A stretch of DNA of 64,000 nucleotides from Bacteroidales bacterium (GTDB lineage Bacteria > Bacteroidota > Bacteroidia > Bacteroidales > WCHB1-69): assembly GCA_016288655.1 (NCBI GenBank), contig JAEEKX010000043.1, positions 208 through 64,207 on the forward strand. Direction: 5' to 3'. Below the pieces are notes generated by a model that made no database searches, was not told where the DNA came from, and was given only the letters and a program-made list of their open reading frames with translations. Within the stretch, counting starts at the first letter, position 1, and each line of letters starts with the position of its first letter. This document shows, one piece after another, positions 18,227-28,296 of the stretch. A program made the translations under genes and the position numbers.

Positions 18227-19423
18227 ATGAAAAAATTTGATCCTGCAACGAACATTCAGTTCTCCAGTTCACTGGGCGACAAGCGCGGTGTCAATCCTGC
18301 GATTTGCGACAGCGCCACGTTTACTTTCAACAAAGCCAAGGAGATGACGGACACCTTCCATGGTGAAACCGAGGGAATGTTCTTGTATTCAAGACATTGG
18401 AATCCCAGCAATCTGGCCCTTTGCACCGCTTTGGCTGCAATGGAAGGCACGGAGTTGGCATGGGCTACTGGTTCCGGCATGGCCGCTATCACCTGCGCTT
18501 TGCTTCATGAGGTCAAGTCGGGCGACCACATCGTCTCCAGCATGACTACCTACGGCGGCACCTTCGCCTTCATGAATAACTACCTCAAGAAATTCAACGT
18601 GGATGTCACCTTCGTGAACTTCCAGGACCTCGAGGCCGTCAAGAAAGCCATCCGTCCGAATACTAAAGTTTTATATACGGAGACGATGAACAACCCGTTG
18701 CTGCGCATCGCCAACATCCCCGAATTGTCGAAGATTGCCCACGCTCATGGTGCTAAATTATTGGTTGACAACACGTTCACACCGATGATTTTCTCCCCCT
18801 ACCGTTTGGGTGCCGATGTCGTCATCTACAGCATGACCAAATTCGTCAACGGCAAGAACGATTGCACGGCAGGTTGCATCTGTGGCTCAGCCGATTACAT
18901 CAACTCCCTGATTGACGTCAACGATGGTACCGCCATGCTGCTGGGCCCCGTCCTCGACCCGATGCGTTCCACCAGCATCCTCAAGAACCTCAGCACTTTG
19001 CACATCCGTATGAAACAGCACAGTGCCAATGCGATGTATCTGGCCAAACGTTTCAAAGAGACTGGTTTGAAGTATAACTATCCTGGTTTGCCGGAACATC
19101 CTGATTATAAACTATTTACTGAAATGATGAACGAAGGTTACGGTTACGGTGGCATGATTTCCATCGACATGGGCACCGCCGACCGCGCCAGCGCCATCAT
19201 GGAGAAGATGCAGGAACTTGGCGTGGGTTACCTCGCTGTCAGTTTGGGCTACTTCAAGACCCTCTTCAGCAACTCCGGAAAGTCCACATCCTCCGAAGTT
19301 CCGGAAGACCTCCAACGCGAAATGGGTATGAGCGAGGGACTTATCCGCTTCTCCGTCGGTTTGGACAACGATATCGAGAACACTTTCAACCTGATTGTGG
19401 AGGCCATCAAAGCCACCAAGTAA
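18227..19423 (+). CDS. Cys/Met-metabolism PLP-dependent enzyme (trans-sulfuration family: gamma-lyase/sulfhydrylase-like)
   Basis: Start re-called to ATG 18227 (MKKFDPATN). Family motifs YSRHWNPSN and the PLP-lysine segment YSMTKFVNG. The exact reaction is not assignable from sequence. Confidence 0.82.
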   Translation: MKKFDPATNIQFSSSLGDKRGVNPAICDSATFTFNKAKEMTDTFHGETEGMFLYSRHWNPSNLALCTALAAMEGTELAWATGSGMAAITCALLHEVKSGDHIVSSMTTYGGTFAFMNNYLKKFNVDVTFVNFQDLEAVKKAIRPNTKVLYTETMNNPLLRIANIPELSKIAHAHGAKLLVDNTFTPMIFSPYRLGADVVIYSMTKFVNGKNDCTAGCICGSADYINSLIDVNDGTAMLLGPVLDPMRSTSILKNLSTLHIRMKQHSANAMYLAKRFKETGLKYNYPGLPEHPDYKLFTEMMNEGYGYGGMISIDMGTADRASAIMEKMQELGVGYLAVSLGYFKTLFSNSGKSTSSEVPEDLQREMGMSEGLIRFSVGLDNDIENTFNLIVEAIKATK

Positions 19424-19444
19424 TCGGTTTTTTCCAGATTTTCG

Positions 19445-19473
19445 AAAAGCGTAGGGTGACCTACGCTTTTTTT
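19445..19473 (+). terminator. Rho-independent terminator
   Basis: AAAAGCGTAGG-GTGA-CCTACGCTTTTTTT, immediately after the PLP-enzyme stop. Confidence 0.8.
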
Positions 19474-19491
19474 ATTTCCGTTGCAAACACT

Positions 19492-19521
19492 TTGTTTGTA
19501 AATAGTTGCAATTACAAACAA
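19492..19521. promoter_or_regulatory. Perfect 10-bp inverted repeat, candidate operator
   Basis: TTGTTTGTAA-N10-TTACAAACAA, about 30 nt upstream of the -7 box of the SDR gene. Confidence 0.4.
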
Positions 19522-19551
19522 GATTGTGGCTTGCACATCCAATAAAAATCG

Positions 19552-19559
19552 TAATTTTG
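19552..19559 (+). promoter_or_regulatory. Bacteroidota sigma-A -7 box (TAnnTTTG)
   Basis: TAATTTTG, 24 nt upstream of ATG 19583. Confidence 0.65.
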
Positions 19560-19582
19560 CACAATCTTTATTTTTGGATATT

Positions 19583-20383
19583 ATGGGAAAATTTAAAGAC
19601 AAAGTAGTGTGTATCACCGGCGCCTCTTCGGGCATCGGCGAGGCCACTGCCTATCGGTTTGCCGAGGAGAATGCCACTTTGTTGTTGATTGCGTTAGAGG
19701 AAGATAGGTTGGCAGAGGTATCGCAACAGTGCCTGAACATCGGCGCTCCCGAAGTGGCCACATTTCCATACGACCTGTCTGATTTGGAGAATCTGCCGGA
19801 CCTGATGGAGACCGCGTGGGACCGTTTTGGACGTATTGACGTGATGTACAACAATGCGGGCATCAGTCAGCGCACTACCACGGTCGATACGGACATGTCG
19901 ATGTTCCGCAAGATCATTGACATCGACTTTTATGCTCCTGTTATCATAACTAAAACGTTGTTGCCCAAGATGTTGGAATCGGGTGGCGGGCAATTTGTCG
20001 TCACTACGAGCATCGCGGGCTGCTTCGGATTCCCGCTCCGTTGCGCATACAGTTCGGCCAAACACGCCCTTTATGGCTTCTTTGAGACTGTCCATGCGGA
20101 GAATTATGCTCAGAATGTGCGTGTTACGCTCGTCTGTCCCGGTCGTGTGCGCACCAATATTTCCCTGTATGCCTTAGATAAGGGAGGAAAGCGTCATGGC
20201 AAGATGGATGCGGGACAAGCCGGGGGTATTACTCCGGAAAAAGCTGCAAAACAGATTGTTAGAGCGGTTTATAAACGGAAACGCGAAATCCGAGTGGGCA
20301 GCACGGAACTGCTGATGGCCTACATCAAACGTTTCTTCCCCGGACTGTGCGCCAAGATCGCTCGCAAAATCAAACCCATGTAG
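19583..20383 (+). CDS. Short-chain dehydrogenase/reductase (SDR) family oxidoreductase
   Basis: Start at ATG 19583 (MGKFKDKVVCITGASSGIGEA). Catalytic YSSAKHA motif. Confidence 0.9.
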   Translation: MGKFKDKVVCITGASSGIGEATAYRFAEENATLLLIALEEDRLAEVSQQCLNIGAPEVATFPYDLSDLENLPDLMETAWDRFGRIDVMYNNAGISQRTTTVDTDMSMFRKIIDIDFYAPVIITKTLLPKMLESGGGQFVVTTSIAGCFGFPLRCAYSSAKHALYGFFETVHAENYAQNVRVTLVCPGRVRTNISLYALDKGGKRHGKMDAGQAGGITPEKAAKQIVRAVYKRKREIRVGSTELLMAYIKRFFPGLCAKIARKIKPM

Positions 20384-20422
20384 TCCGCTACATTCAAAAC
20401 GAATTTTATTACCTAATTTAAT

Positions 20423-21493
20423 ATGGAACCTTTTTATATTTCTGGAATACAACAAGTTGGAGTCGGTACGGAGAATTTCACCGAATCTTGGAAATGGTAT
20501 GCTGAGATGTTCCAAATGAATATCCGCATTTTGGAAGATGACACGGTGGCGGAGAGGATGCTCCCATATACGGGCGGGCAGCCGCATCGTCGTCATGCCT
20601 GTGTGGCCGTGAATCTGCAGGGCGGCGGCGGCTTCGAGATTTGGCAATATTCCGAGCGCAAGCCCCTGCCGATTCCTTTTCAGGTCCAGATTGGCGATTT
20701 GGGCATTTTTGCCATGAAAATCAAATGCAGGGATGTCCAGGCCTTTTATGAGGAAATTCGTGCTAAGTACAATAATATCAGTGCGGTAGAAGAAGCACCC
20801 GACGGAACAAAAACCTTCTGGATTGAGGATCCGTGGGGCAATTTCTTCCAAGTAGTGGAGTATGGTTACGTGTATCGCGACATGAAACGTCTTTCCGGCG
20901 GTTCCTTCGGCGTGATGATCGGGGTCACTGACATCGAAAAATCGCTGACCGTCTATCGCGATATCCTTGGTTATGACCAAGTTGTGTATGACAAAACGGG
21001 CGTTTTCGATGATTGGGGCTTCATGGACGGCAGCGAAGAGACCTATCGTCGCGTTCTGCTCACTCACAGCGAAACACGCAAAGGGCCTTTCTCAGAGATA
21101 TTTGGAAAGAGTTACATCGAGTTGGTGGTCGCTTTGGATCGTGAGCCGAAAAAGATTTTCGAGGGACGCTATTGGGGTGACCCCGGCTTCATCCAACTTT
21201 GTATGGATGTGGTGAATATGAGAGAGTTGGAGAAATTCTGTATTTCAAAAGGACATCCTTTCACCGTGGATAGTTGCCCTGCCGGAGTGCAATTCGACAT
21301 GGGCGACGCTTCCGGCCATTTCACCTACATTGAAGATCCAGACGGCACGCTCATCGAGTTTGTTGAGGCATATAAAATACCGATTGTGAAGAAGTTAGGA
21401 TGGTTTTTGGATTTGCGTAAACGGGATCCTGCCAAACCGTTGCCGAAGTGGTTGTTGGGCTGTTTACGTTGGAGCAAGGTCAAATTTGATTAA
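20423..21493 (+). CDS. VOC (glyoxalase/bleomycin-resistance/dioxygenase) family protein, two-domain
   Basis: 356-aa ORF. The N-terminal GIQQVGVGTENFTESWKWY pattern is typical of VOC beta-alpha-beta-beta-beta modules. Function unknown. Confidence 0.65.
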   Translation: MEPFYISGIQQVGVGTENFTESWKWYAEMFQMNIRILEDDTVAERMLPYTGGQPHRRHACVAVNLQGGGGFEIWQYSERKPLPIPFQVQIGDLGIFAMKIKCRDVQAFYEEIRAKYNNISAVEEAPDGTKTFWIEDPWGNFFQVVEYGYVYRDMKRLSGGSFGVMIGVTDIEKSLTVYRDILGYDQVVYDKTGVFDDWGFMDGSEETYRRVLLTHSETRKGPFSEIFGKSYIELVVALDREPKKIFEGRYWGDPGFIQLCMDVVNMRELEKFCISKGHPFTVDSCPAGVQFDMGDASGHFTYIEDPDGTLIEFVEAYKIPIVKKLGWFLDLRKRDPAKPLPKWLLGCLRWSKVKFD

Positions 21494-21510
21494 AAAGAGG
21501 GCGCGTAGGC

Positions 21511-22914
21511 ATGAAATTCAAACAGTATATTATTGAAAATCTTGAGATTATAGATGCAGGTGCCGAAGGAAAAGCAGTGGCCAAGCACGATGGACTGACG
21601 GTTTTTGTCGAAGGTGCCGTGCCCGGAGATATCGTCGATGCCCTAGTTTTCAAGAAGAAAAAGAATTATGCCAATGCTCGTTGCCAGCGCATCGTCACCC
21701 CATCGCCATATCGGGTGGAACCCTGTTGCAAACACTTTGGAACATGTGGGGGGTGTAAATGGCAAATGCTTGATTATCAACAACAACTATTCTATAAACA
21801 GAAGCAGGTCATTGATAATTTCCAGCATCTCGGACACTTCGATTTTCCAGCTCCGCAGCCGATATTGGCATCCGAAAAACAGTATGGCTACCGCAACAAG
21901 TTGGAATATACTTTCACCCACCAGCGTTGGCTCTCCATTGAGGATATGCAGGCCCAACAGGAGGGTAAAGAAATAGAAATCAGAGGGTTGGGATTTCATG
22001 TTCCTTCGCGTTTCGACAAGGTGTTGGGTATCAACGAGTGTCATCTTCAGCCAGAACCCAGCAACCGCCTGCGTCGCGCCGTCCAGGATTTTGCCATCCA
22101 ACATGACATTCCTTTTCAGAATCTGCGCAACCATGAGGGGCTGCTCCGCAACTTGATCATACGCATGTCTTCAACGGGAGAGATGATGGTCATTCTTGTG
22201 GCTACGGATTACAATGAACAGGTAATAGGGCTGCTGGATTTCATCGCTGAACAATTTCCGGAGATCACTTCCCTGCAATATGTCATCAACCAGAAGTTGA
22301 ATGACAGCATTTCCGACCTGGAGTTTCATACATACAAAGGCAAGGATTTCATGATGGAGCGGATGGGTGATTTGGACTTCAAGGTGGGGCCGGCTTCCTT
22401 CTATCAGACCAACAGCCAACAGGCCTACCGACTTTACAGCGTGGCCAAGGAGTTTGCTGCGGTTTCGGCCGATGATGTCGTTTACGACCTCTATACGGGT
22501 ACGGGCACCATTGCCAATTTTTTGGCCCGAGATGCCAAGAAAGTGGTTGGAATAGAGTATGTTGAATCGGCCATTGAGGATGCCAAGGTCAATTCCGAGA
22601 TCAATCATATTGAAAATACGGAATTTTATGCGGGCGACATGGCCAAGGTTTTGACCGCGGATTTCATCCGGATGCACGGCATGCCGGATATCGTCGTCAC
22701 TGACCCGCCTCGCAATGGAATGCACCCTGATGTCGTTGATCAACTGTTACTTGCGTCGCCGAAACGGATCGTCTATGTCAGTTGTAATCCGGCCACCCAG
22801 GCCCGCGACTTGACCTTGTTAACGGAACGATATAACATCTTGAAAATCCAGCCGGTAGATATGTTCCCCCACACGCAGCACGTGGAGAACGTGGTCCTGC
22901 TTGAGCTCAAATGA
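21511..22914 (+). CDS. rlmD: 23S rRNA (uracil-C5)-methyltransferase RlmD/RumA family
   Basis: N-terminal TRAM domain, Fe-S Cys cluster CCKHFGTCGGCKWQ, and a SAM-binding C-terminal domain (DLYTGTGT, DPPRNG). Confidence 0.9.
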   Translation: MKFKQYIIENLEIIDAGAEGKAVAKHDGLTVFVEGAVPGDIVDALVFKKKKNYANARCQRIVTPSPYRVEPCCKHFGTCGGCKWQMLDYQQQLFYKQKQVIDNFQHLGHFDFPAPQPILASEKQYGYRNKLEYTFTHQRWLSIEDMQAQQEGKEIEIRGLGFHVPSRFDKVLGINECHLQPEPSNRLRRAVQDFAIQHDIPFQNLRNHEGLLRNLIIRMSSTGEMMVILVATDYNEQVIGLLDFIAEQFPEITSLQYVINQKLNDSISDLEFHTYKGKDFMMERMGDLDFKVGPASFYQTNSQQAYRLYSVAKEFAAVSADDVVYDLYTGTGTIANFLARDAKKVVGIEYVESAIEDAKVNSEINHIENTEFYAGDMAKVLTADFIRMHGMPDIVVTDPPRNGMHPDVVDQLLLASPKRIVYVSCNPATQARDLTLLTERYNILKIQPVDMFPHTQHVENVVLLELK

Positions 22915-22938
22915 TTCTACAATATAATATATAGCACT

Positions 22939-23661
22939 ATGATAAAAGTTTCAATTCTCGGTTATGGCAAGATGGGCAAGGAGATAGAGAAGGTCGTCAT
23001 TCGCGAAGGGATGAACATTGTAGCCAAAATCGACAATGAGGATGACTGGAAGGCCCAAAACGAGGCCTTTCTGGGCAGCGATGTCGCCATTGAGTTTTCC
23101 ACGCCCGGCACAGTGGTCAAGAACCTCTCCCGCTGTTTCAATGCGGGAATCCCAGTTGTCTGTGGGACAACGGGTTGGACCAATGTTGAAAAAGATATGC
23201 TGGATCAGTGCGCACGCACTTCCAATGCGATGGTATATGGTTCCAATTTCTCCATCGGTGCCAATATGTTCTTCAAAATCAATGAGATGATGGCCCAGTT
23301 GATGAACAATCAGGAGCAATACGATGTCATGATTGAGGAGACGCATCATGCCACGAAAAAGGATGCCCCGAGCGGTACGGCCATCACCATCGCGAATATT
23401 ATTCTGAATCAATTAGATAGAAAGAAAGAGTGGACGTTGGAAGATGACAGTGACGCCGCATCCATCAATATCGTCGCCCACCGTTTCGGAGAAGAAACAG
23501 GCACCCATGCGGTAAGGTACCAATCCGACGATGATTGTATCATCCTCTGCCACAAGGCGTACAACCGTGCGATATTTGCGCAGGGGGCTGTCCGTGCGGC
23601 CCGTTGGTTAGTCAAAAACAAGGGGATTCATCAGTTCCAGGACATTTTCCTGCAAGTATAA
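22939..23661 (+). CDS. dapB: 4-hydroxy-tetrahydrodipicolinate reductase
   Basis: 240-aa ORF. N-terminal GYGKMGK NAD(P) motif and the DapB signature EETHHATKKDAPSGTA. Confidence 0.93.
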   Translation: MIKVSILGYGKMGKEIEKVVIREGMNIVAKIDNEDDWKAQNEAFLGSDVAIEFSTPGTVVKNLSRCFNAGIPVVCGTTGWTNVEKDMLDQCARTSNAMVYGSNFSIGANMFFKINEMMAQLMNNQEQYDVMIEETHHATKKDAPSGTAITIANIILNQLDRKKEWTLEDDSDAASINIVAHRFGEETGTHAVRYQSDDDCIILCHKAYNRAIFAQGAVRAARWLVKNKGIHQFQDIFLQV

Positions 23662-23672
23662 CCATTCCTTTT

Positions 23673-24290
23673 ATGAAAAAAATAGTATTGGTATTCAGTA
23701 TCTTACTGTGCATTTTGGCTGTTGATGCGCAGCGTTTGGAATTGCGTTTCAACAAGGAGTTTTCCAATGATGCCGTGGTGACCAAGGGTATGGGCGCCGG
23801 CGGGTCATTCATCATAGATGGCTGGAAGGAACATCTTGATTTTCAGATCAATTTCGATTATGCAGGGCACAGGGAAGAGGTTGACTACACAGGCATTTCA
23901 TACAAATTCGCCAAGTTCAAAGGCGGGGTTTCCGCGCTTTATACCCGTCCGTTGGGCAATTTTTTCCATCTTCGTCTTGGCGGTGATGTTTCCTACAATT
24001 TTTTAAGGAAAATCGTTACGAATCAAGCAGATACGACAACCCAAACCGGTTATTCCATGGTGGCGCATCGTGGACAGATGATCGGTATCGGTGCCATTGC
24101 CCAAATTCAAGCACAGTTGGGAAAGGTCATCAGAATCGGAGTCGGGCTTCTTCCGACTTACTTGATTCCCGTTGCGGCCAAAACCAACCGACCGGAGGTG
24201 GAATGCGACTTCAAAAAGGGTATTTTTGTCTTTCAGTTGCAAGTGGGAATTGAAATCAAGTTAAATAACTCAAACGATAACAATCAGTAA
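23673..24290 (+). CDS. Hypothetical outer-membrane beta-barrel-like protein
   Basis: Start re-called to ATG 23673 (signal peptide MKKIVLVFSILLCILAVDAQ). Alternating hydrophobic beta-strand pattern. No family recognised. Confidence 0.55.
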   Translation: MKKIVLVFSILLCILAVDAQRLELRFNKEFSNDAVVTKGMGAGGSFIIDGWKEHLDFQINFDYAGHREEVDYTGISYKFAKFKGGVSALYTRPLGNFFHLRLGGDVSYNFLRKIVTNQADTTTQTGYSMVAHRGQMIGIGAIAQIQAQLGKVIRIGVGLLPTYLIPVAAKTNRPEVECDFKKGIFVFQLQVGIEIKLNNSNDNNQ

Positions 24291-24292
24291 CT

Positions 24293-25675
24293 ATGGCACT
24301 TATCAAATCTATTTCAGGAATCCGCGGAACCATTGGCGGTAGGGTAGGGGACAATCTTACTCCTATCGACATCGTGCAGTTTGTCTCTGCATTCATTACT
24401 TTTCTAAAAAAAGATGAGCGTCCGCTCTCCATTATCGTTGGACGTGATGCCCGTATCTCCGGGAAAATTGTCAGTGACTTGACTTGCAGTACGTTACAAG
24501 CATTGGGGGTGAATGTGACCGATATTGGTCTGACGACGACTCCGACCACGGAAATGGCTGTGATCCAGCAACATGCTGATGGCGGTATCATCTTGACGGC
24601 CAGCCATAACCCGATGCAGTGGAACGCCTTGAAACTATTAAATGCGCAAGGCGAGTTCATCTCTGCTGCTGATGGTGCAAAAATATTGGAAATTATTGAA
24701 AAACAAGAATTTACCTATGCGGATGTAGAACATTTGGGAAGCTACCGTTGCTACGAAAATGCTATTTCCGACCATATCGACAAGATTTTGGGTTTAAAAT
24801 TGGTGGATGTGGATGCCATTCGAGCGGCTCATCTGTCCGTTGCCCTTGACTGTGTAAATTCGACAGGTGGAATCGCGTTACCGATGTTGTTGAAACGTCT
24901 TGGTGTACAGAAAGTTGAAGTCTTGAACAGCGAGCCGACGGGACGCTTTGCCCACAATCCGGAGCCGTTGCCACAACATCTCCATGACATTTCGGAAATG
25001 ATGGCGAATGGCAAGTTTGATGTCGGCTTTGTTGTTGATCCTGACGTAGATAGGTTGGCGTTGCTCAACGAAGACGGTAGTATGTTCGGCGAGGAGTACA
25101 CTTTGGTGTCCGTTGCCGACTACATTTTGCAACACACGCCCGGAAATACGGTTTCCAATCTTTCTTCAACCCGTGCATTGCGTGATGTAAGTAAAAGATA
25201 TGGAGTTAGTTATAATGCTGCTGCGGTAGGGGAGGTGAATGTCGTGGAGAAGATGAAAGCGACTGATGCGGTCATTGGCGGCGAAGGCAATGGCGGAGTG
25301 ATCTACCCTGAACTGCATTATGGACGCGACGCGCTGGTGGGCATCGCCCTTTTCCTGACCTACATGGCCAAAAGCGGAAAAAAGTGCAGCGAAATCCGTT
25401 CTCTTTATCCTAAGTATGTGATTTCCAAAAATAAAATAGAACTCCGTCCGGGAATGAATGTGCCGGTGATTTTGAAAAAGATGGCAGATAAGTATGCTTC
25501 TGAGGAGGTGAATACCATTGATGGCGTGAAGATTGACTTTGCTGAGGGTTGGGTCCATTTGCGCACTTCCAACACTGAACCCATCATTCGTGTATATGCC
25601 GAAGGAGAGTCCGAACAATATGCCGAAACGTTGGCTTCGCGCGTTATGAAGGACCTCCAGGAAATGATGTGTTAA
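24293..25675 (+). CDS. glmM: Phosphoglucosamine mutase
   Basis: 460-aa ORF. N-terminal SGIRGTIG and the phosphoserine loop TASHNPMQWNALK of alpha-D-phosphohexomutases. Confidence 0.92.
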   Translation: MALIKSISGIRGTIGGRVGDNLTPIDIVQFVSAFITFLKKDERPLSIIVGRDARISGKIVSDLTCSTLQALGVNVTDIGLTTTPTTEMAVIQQHADGGIILTASHNPMQWNALKLLNAQGEFISAADGAKILEIIEKQEFTYADVEHLGSYRCYENAISDHIDKILGLKLVDVDAIRAAHLSVALDCVNSTGGIALPMLLKRLGVQKVEVLNSEPTGRFAHNPEPLPQHLHDISEMMANGKFDVGFVVDPDVDRLALLNEDGSMFGEEYTLVSVADYILQHTPGNTVSNLSSTRALRDVSKRYGVSYNAAAVGEVNVVEKMKATDAVIGGEGNGGVIYPELHYGRDALVGIALFLTYMAKSGKKCSEIRSLYPKYVISKNKIELRPGMNVPVILKKMADKYASEEVNTIDGVKIDFAEGWVHLRTSNTEPIIRVYAEGESEQYAETLASRVMKDLQEMMC

Positions 25676-25695
25676 CAGATATTAAACCAAAATAT

Positions 25696-25735
25696 GGCAG
25701 ATTCTCCGTATTGTCGGCGATCTGCTATTTTTTTG
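25696..25735 (+). terminator. Probable rho-independent terminator after glmM
   Basis: GGCAGAT...ATCTGCT stem with a large loop, followed by TTTTTTT. Confidence 0.45.
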
Positions 25736-25898
25736 TTTTACCGTGATTTCATGACAAAATTTTGAAAATAATTATGCTAAAATTCAGCATAGTTAATAAG
25801 TTTAATCGTGAAAATTAGTTATATTTTGTTGGTTTTTAGCCGTTTGTGGAAATTTAAATATTTTTATTAACATAGGAGTTGTTTTTGTTTTGTATATG

Positions 25899-25906
25899 TA
25901 TCTTTG
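25899..25906 (+). promoter_or_regulatory. Bacteroidota sigma-A -7 box (TAnnTTTG)
   Basis: TATCTTTG at the end of a 220-bp AT-rich spacer, 42 nt upstream of ATG 25948. Confidence 0.6.
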
Positions 25907-25947
25907 CAATGCTTTCAGACAGGCACTCAAACATAACTGCATTTGCT

Positions 25948-27306
25948 ATGAGAAGGTACAAAAAAACAAACAAGAGAGCATCCACATCCCAACTTTGTCA
26001 GGTACAATGGCTCTGGCAGATTGTGACTACGACTCTACTATGGGTCTTTATCGTTGGAAAGAGCGCAGGACAAACGGGCTTCTCTGCTTTGCATGGGAAT
26101 ATAGGTAACAGTTCATATACTTCCGGGCAGGTTTTTTACCGGCAGTTTGCTGCGAGTTTGGCTGTTTCGGAAGGTGTAGAGCAGGGATATCTTATTAGTA
26201 CACAGATTGTTGATGAATATTGTGAGGGATACCCGTACTTGAATTTCGGTTTTGAATATGGAGATACCCTGTTGCCGGGAGAATACCACATGCAGCGTTA
26301 CTTTCATGCTGCTTCCTTGCATTACGATAGTGTTGTCAATCTCACCTTGCAAGTACATCCTCGGTGGGTGACCTCGGATACCCTGTTGGCACACGTCGGC
26401 GAGATTCACGAAAGTTTGACGGGGCTTCATGTTGATACATTGCACTCACAATACGGATGCGACAGCATTGTCGCTCGAATGACCTACACCGTCACTTGTC
26501 CTGACGACTATAATGATACAGCCGCCTATGGCGTTGAAAATGTACCGCTGGTTTTGACATCACCGCAACTGACCCCGTCCGCATCTGAATTGGTAGTTTT
26601 CTCGGATGCCCCCGCTACCTTGACCGTAGGGACTTTGCAAACAATTCATTGGTCGGTAGCAACAAGTAGCGATACCTTGCTGTGCACACAAAACGCAGTC
26701 GTACATTTTCCGCCTTGCGGTGATGACCTATCTGTCATGGACAGAGACAGTAATGTTTATGCAACCATACGTGTCGGCGCCAATTGTTGGATGAAAGATA
26801 ATCTGCGCTCTACACACTACCCCGATGGCGATTCCATAGCAATCGCACTCGTCTATATTGACGGGGCCGACACTCTTTTCAATTGGGAATCATACGGCAG
26901 ACTATACAGTTGGTATTCTGCGGTGAACTTGCCGGAGGGGAGCATAGCCAGCCCTTCTACCAATGCTGACGGCGAGGTGCAGGGGGCCTGTCCCGCGGGA
27001 TGGCACCTGCCCACCCTCGCTGAAATGTCCTCTGTGTCCCTCTTTGCCGCCCATGAACTAAAGACACCGGAGGAGTGGCTTGTCCCTGGCGACAACAGCA
27101 GCGGGTTCTCTGGTATGCCTGGTGGTTATTATGCCGCATCTACGACGTCCTTCGAATCGTTACGCACCTTGGGCCGATGGTGGATCGCCGCCGAGGAAAA
27201 CTCCAGTCGAGCGATGATGGGAAACCTCCCCAACCTCTGCTCCGATATGGAAATTAAAATAAGTCCAAAGAGGAACGGACTCAGTATCAGATGTATCAAA
27301 GACTAA
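25948..27306 (+). CDS. Secreted/anchored protein with a C-terminal Fib_succ_major (FISUMP, TIGR02145-type) domain
   Basis: Start re-called to ATG 25948 (basic N-terminus plus hydrophobic anchor LLWVFIVGKSAGQ). FISUMP motifs GANCWMKDNL, YGRLYSWYSA, CPAGWHLPT, GLSIRCIKD. Also carries the GCDS/HP module described in the findings. Confidence 0.75.
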   Translation: MRRYKKTNKRASTSQLCQVQWLWQIVTTTLLWVFIVGKSAGQTGFSALHGNIGNSSYTSGQVFYRQFAASLAVSEGVEQGYLISTQIVDEYCEGYPYLNFGFEYGDTLLPGEYHMQRYFHAASLHYDSVVNLTLQVHPRWVTSDTLLAHVGEIHESLTGLHVDTLHSQYGCDSIVARMTYTVTCPDDYNDTAAYGVENVPLVLTSPQLTPSASELVVFSDAPATLTVGTLQTIHWSVATSSDTLLCTQNAVVHFPPCGDDLSVMDRDSNVYATIRVGANCWMKDNLRSTHYPDGDSIAIALVYIDGADTLFNWESYGRLYSWYSAVNLPEGSIASPSTNADGEVQGACPAGWHLPTLAEMSSVSLFAAHELKTPEEWLVPGDNSSGFSGMPGGYYAASTTSFESLRTLGRWWIAAEENSSRAMMGNLPNLCSDMEIKISPKRNGLSIRCIKD

Positions 27307-27327
27307 TAACCTGCAAAACCAATACTC

Positions 27328-28293
27328 ATGAGAAATTTGTTTGAAATGTTGATGCTTGTGGCCCTTTGGACTACCTCGGCCGCTCAGAATCCACCTGTAT
27401 TCTCCTATCAAGCAGTGGTGAGAAACCAGCATAACGAATTGGTAGTCAATGAGGAGATCTCCGTGCAAGTCGCTTTGTACAATGACGCTCCTTCCGGTTC
27501 GGCAATTTATATGGAGCAACATCAAGTTACCAGCAACTCCAACGGACTGATCAGTATGTTGATAGGAGAAGGGAATTCTCCGGCGGGCGATATCCTCGCC
27601 GTCGTCTGGAGTCATGCCTATATGACGACCACCCTCACATTGGCCGGCGGTTACACGGCTACGGACACTTGCCGTGTCACGGCAGCACCATACGCCTATT
27701 ATGCCGACCACATCTCGCTTGCCGCCATCGAGGAGCAGTTGGGAGATGTTGACATCGTGACGACGGCGGCGCTGACGGACTCGCTCGCCCGCTACGAGCC
27801 GCGGGCGCACCTGCGCGACACGCTGGCGCTGTTCCTGCAGCGCGGGGAGTTGTCCGACTCGCTGGATGCCGCACTGCAGAACATCATCACGCCAGCGACA
27901 CTGCATGACTCTCTACAACCTTACCTCACGCGGGAAGAGTTCAACAACAGCACGTTCACACAGCAGCAAATGCAGGATGCACTTGCCCCGTACGTCACCC
28001 AAACTGATCTGACAGTCGCATTGACCGACCTGCAAAACACCCTCGCCGATCTACTCTCCATCCGAAGTTTCGTTGACGAATTTACGGTTCCGGCATCTCC
28101 CTCTTCCAATTTCGACCTCTCTTTTACGCCCATGAATGGCCGTACTGTCTTGATGTATATCAATGGCGTGTGTGTCAGCACTTCCTGTTTTAGTATAACC
28201 AACAAGACGTTGACCTATCGCCCAGCCAACAATGGCAACAAGCCACTGGTGAGTGGCGACCGCATCCAATTATACTACTTCTACCAGAATTAG
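27328..28293 (+). CDS. Secreted hypothetical protein with tail-fibre-like repeats
   Basis: Signal peptide MLMLVALWTTSAAQ. N-terminal FSYQAVVRN...ISVQVALYN...YMEQHQVTSNSNGLISMLIG motif. Central degenerate L-x-DSL-x-x-Y repeats. Confidence 0.7.
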   Translation: MRNLFEMLMLVALWTTSAAQNPPVFSYQAVVRNQHNELVVNEEISVQVALYNDAPSGSAIYMEQHQVTSNSNGLISMLIGEGNSPAGDILAVVWSHAYMTTTLTLAGGYTATDTCRVTAAPYAYYADHISLAAIEEQLGDVDIVTTAALTDSLARYEPRAHLRDTLALFLQRGELSDSLDAALQNIITPATLHDSLQPYLTREEFNNSTFTQQQMQDALAPYVTQTDLTVALTDLQNTLADLLSIRSFVDEFTVPASPSSNFDLSFTPMNGRTVLMYINGVCVSTSCFSITNKTLTYRPANNGNKPLVSGDRIQLYYFYQN

Positions 28294-28296
28294 GCC

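Noticed and set aside
20174-21067. A 297-aa minus-strand ORF spanning the SDR 3' end, the intergenic spacer and the VOC gene 5' half.
   Set aside because: It runs straight through an intergenic region and two well-supported plus-strand genes. It has no recognisable motifs and no promoter box.
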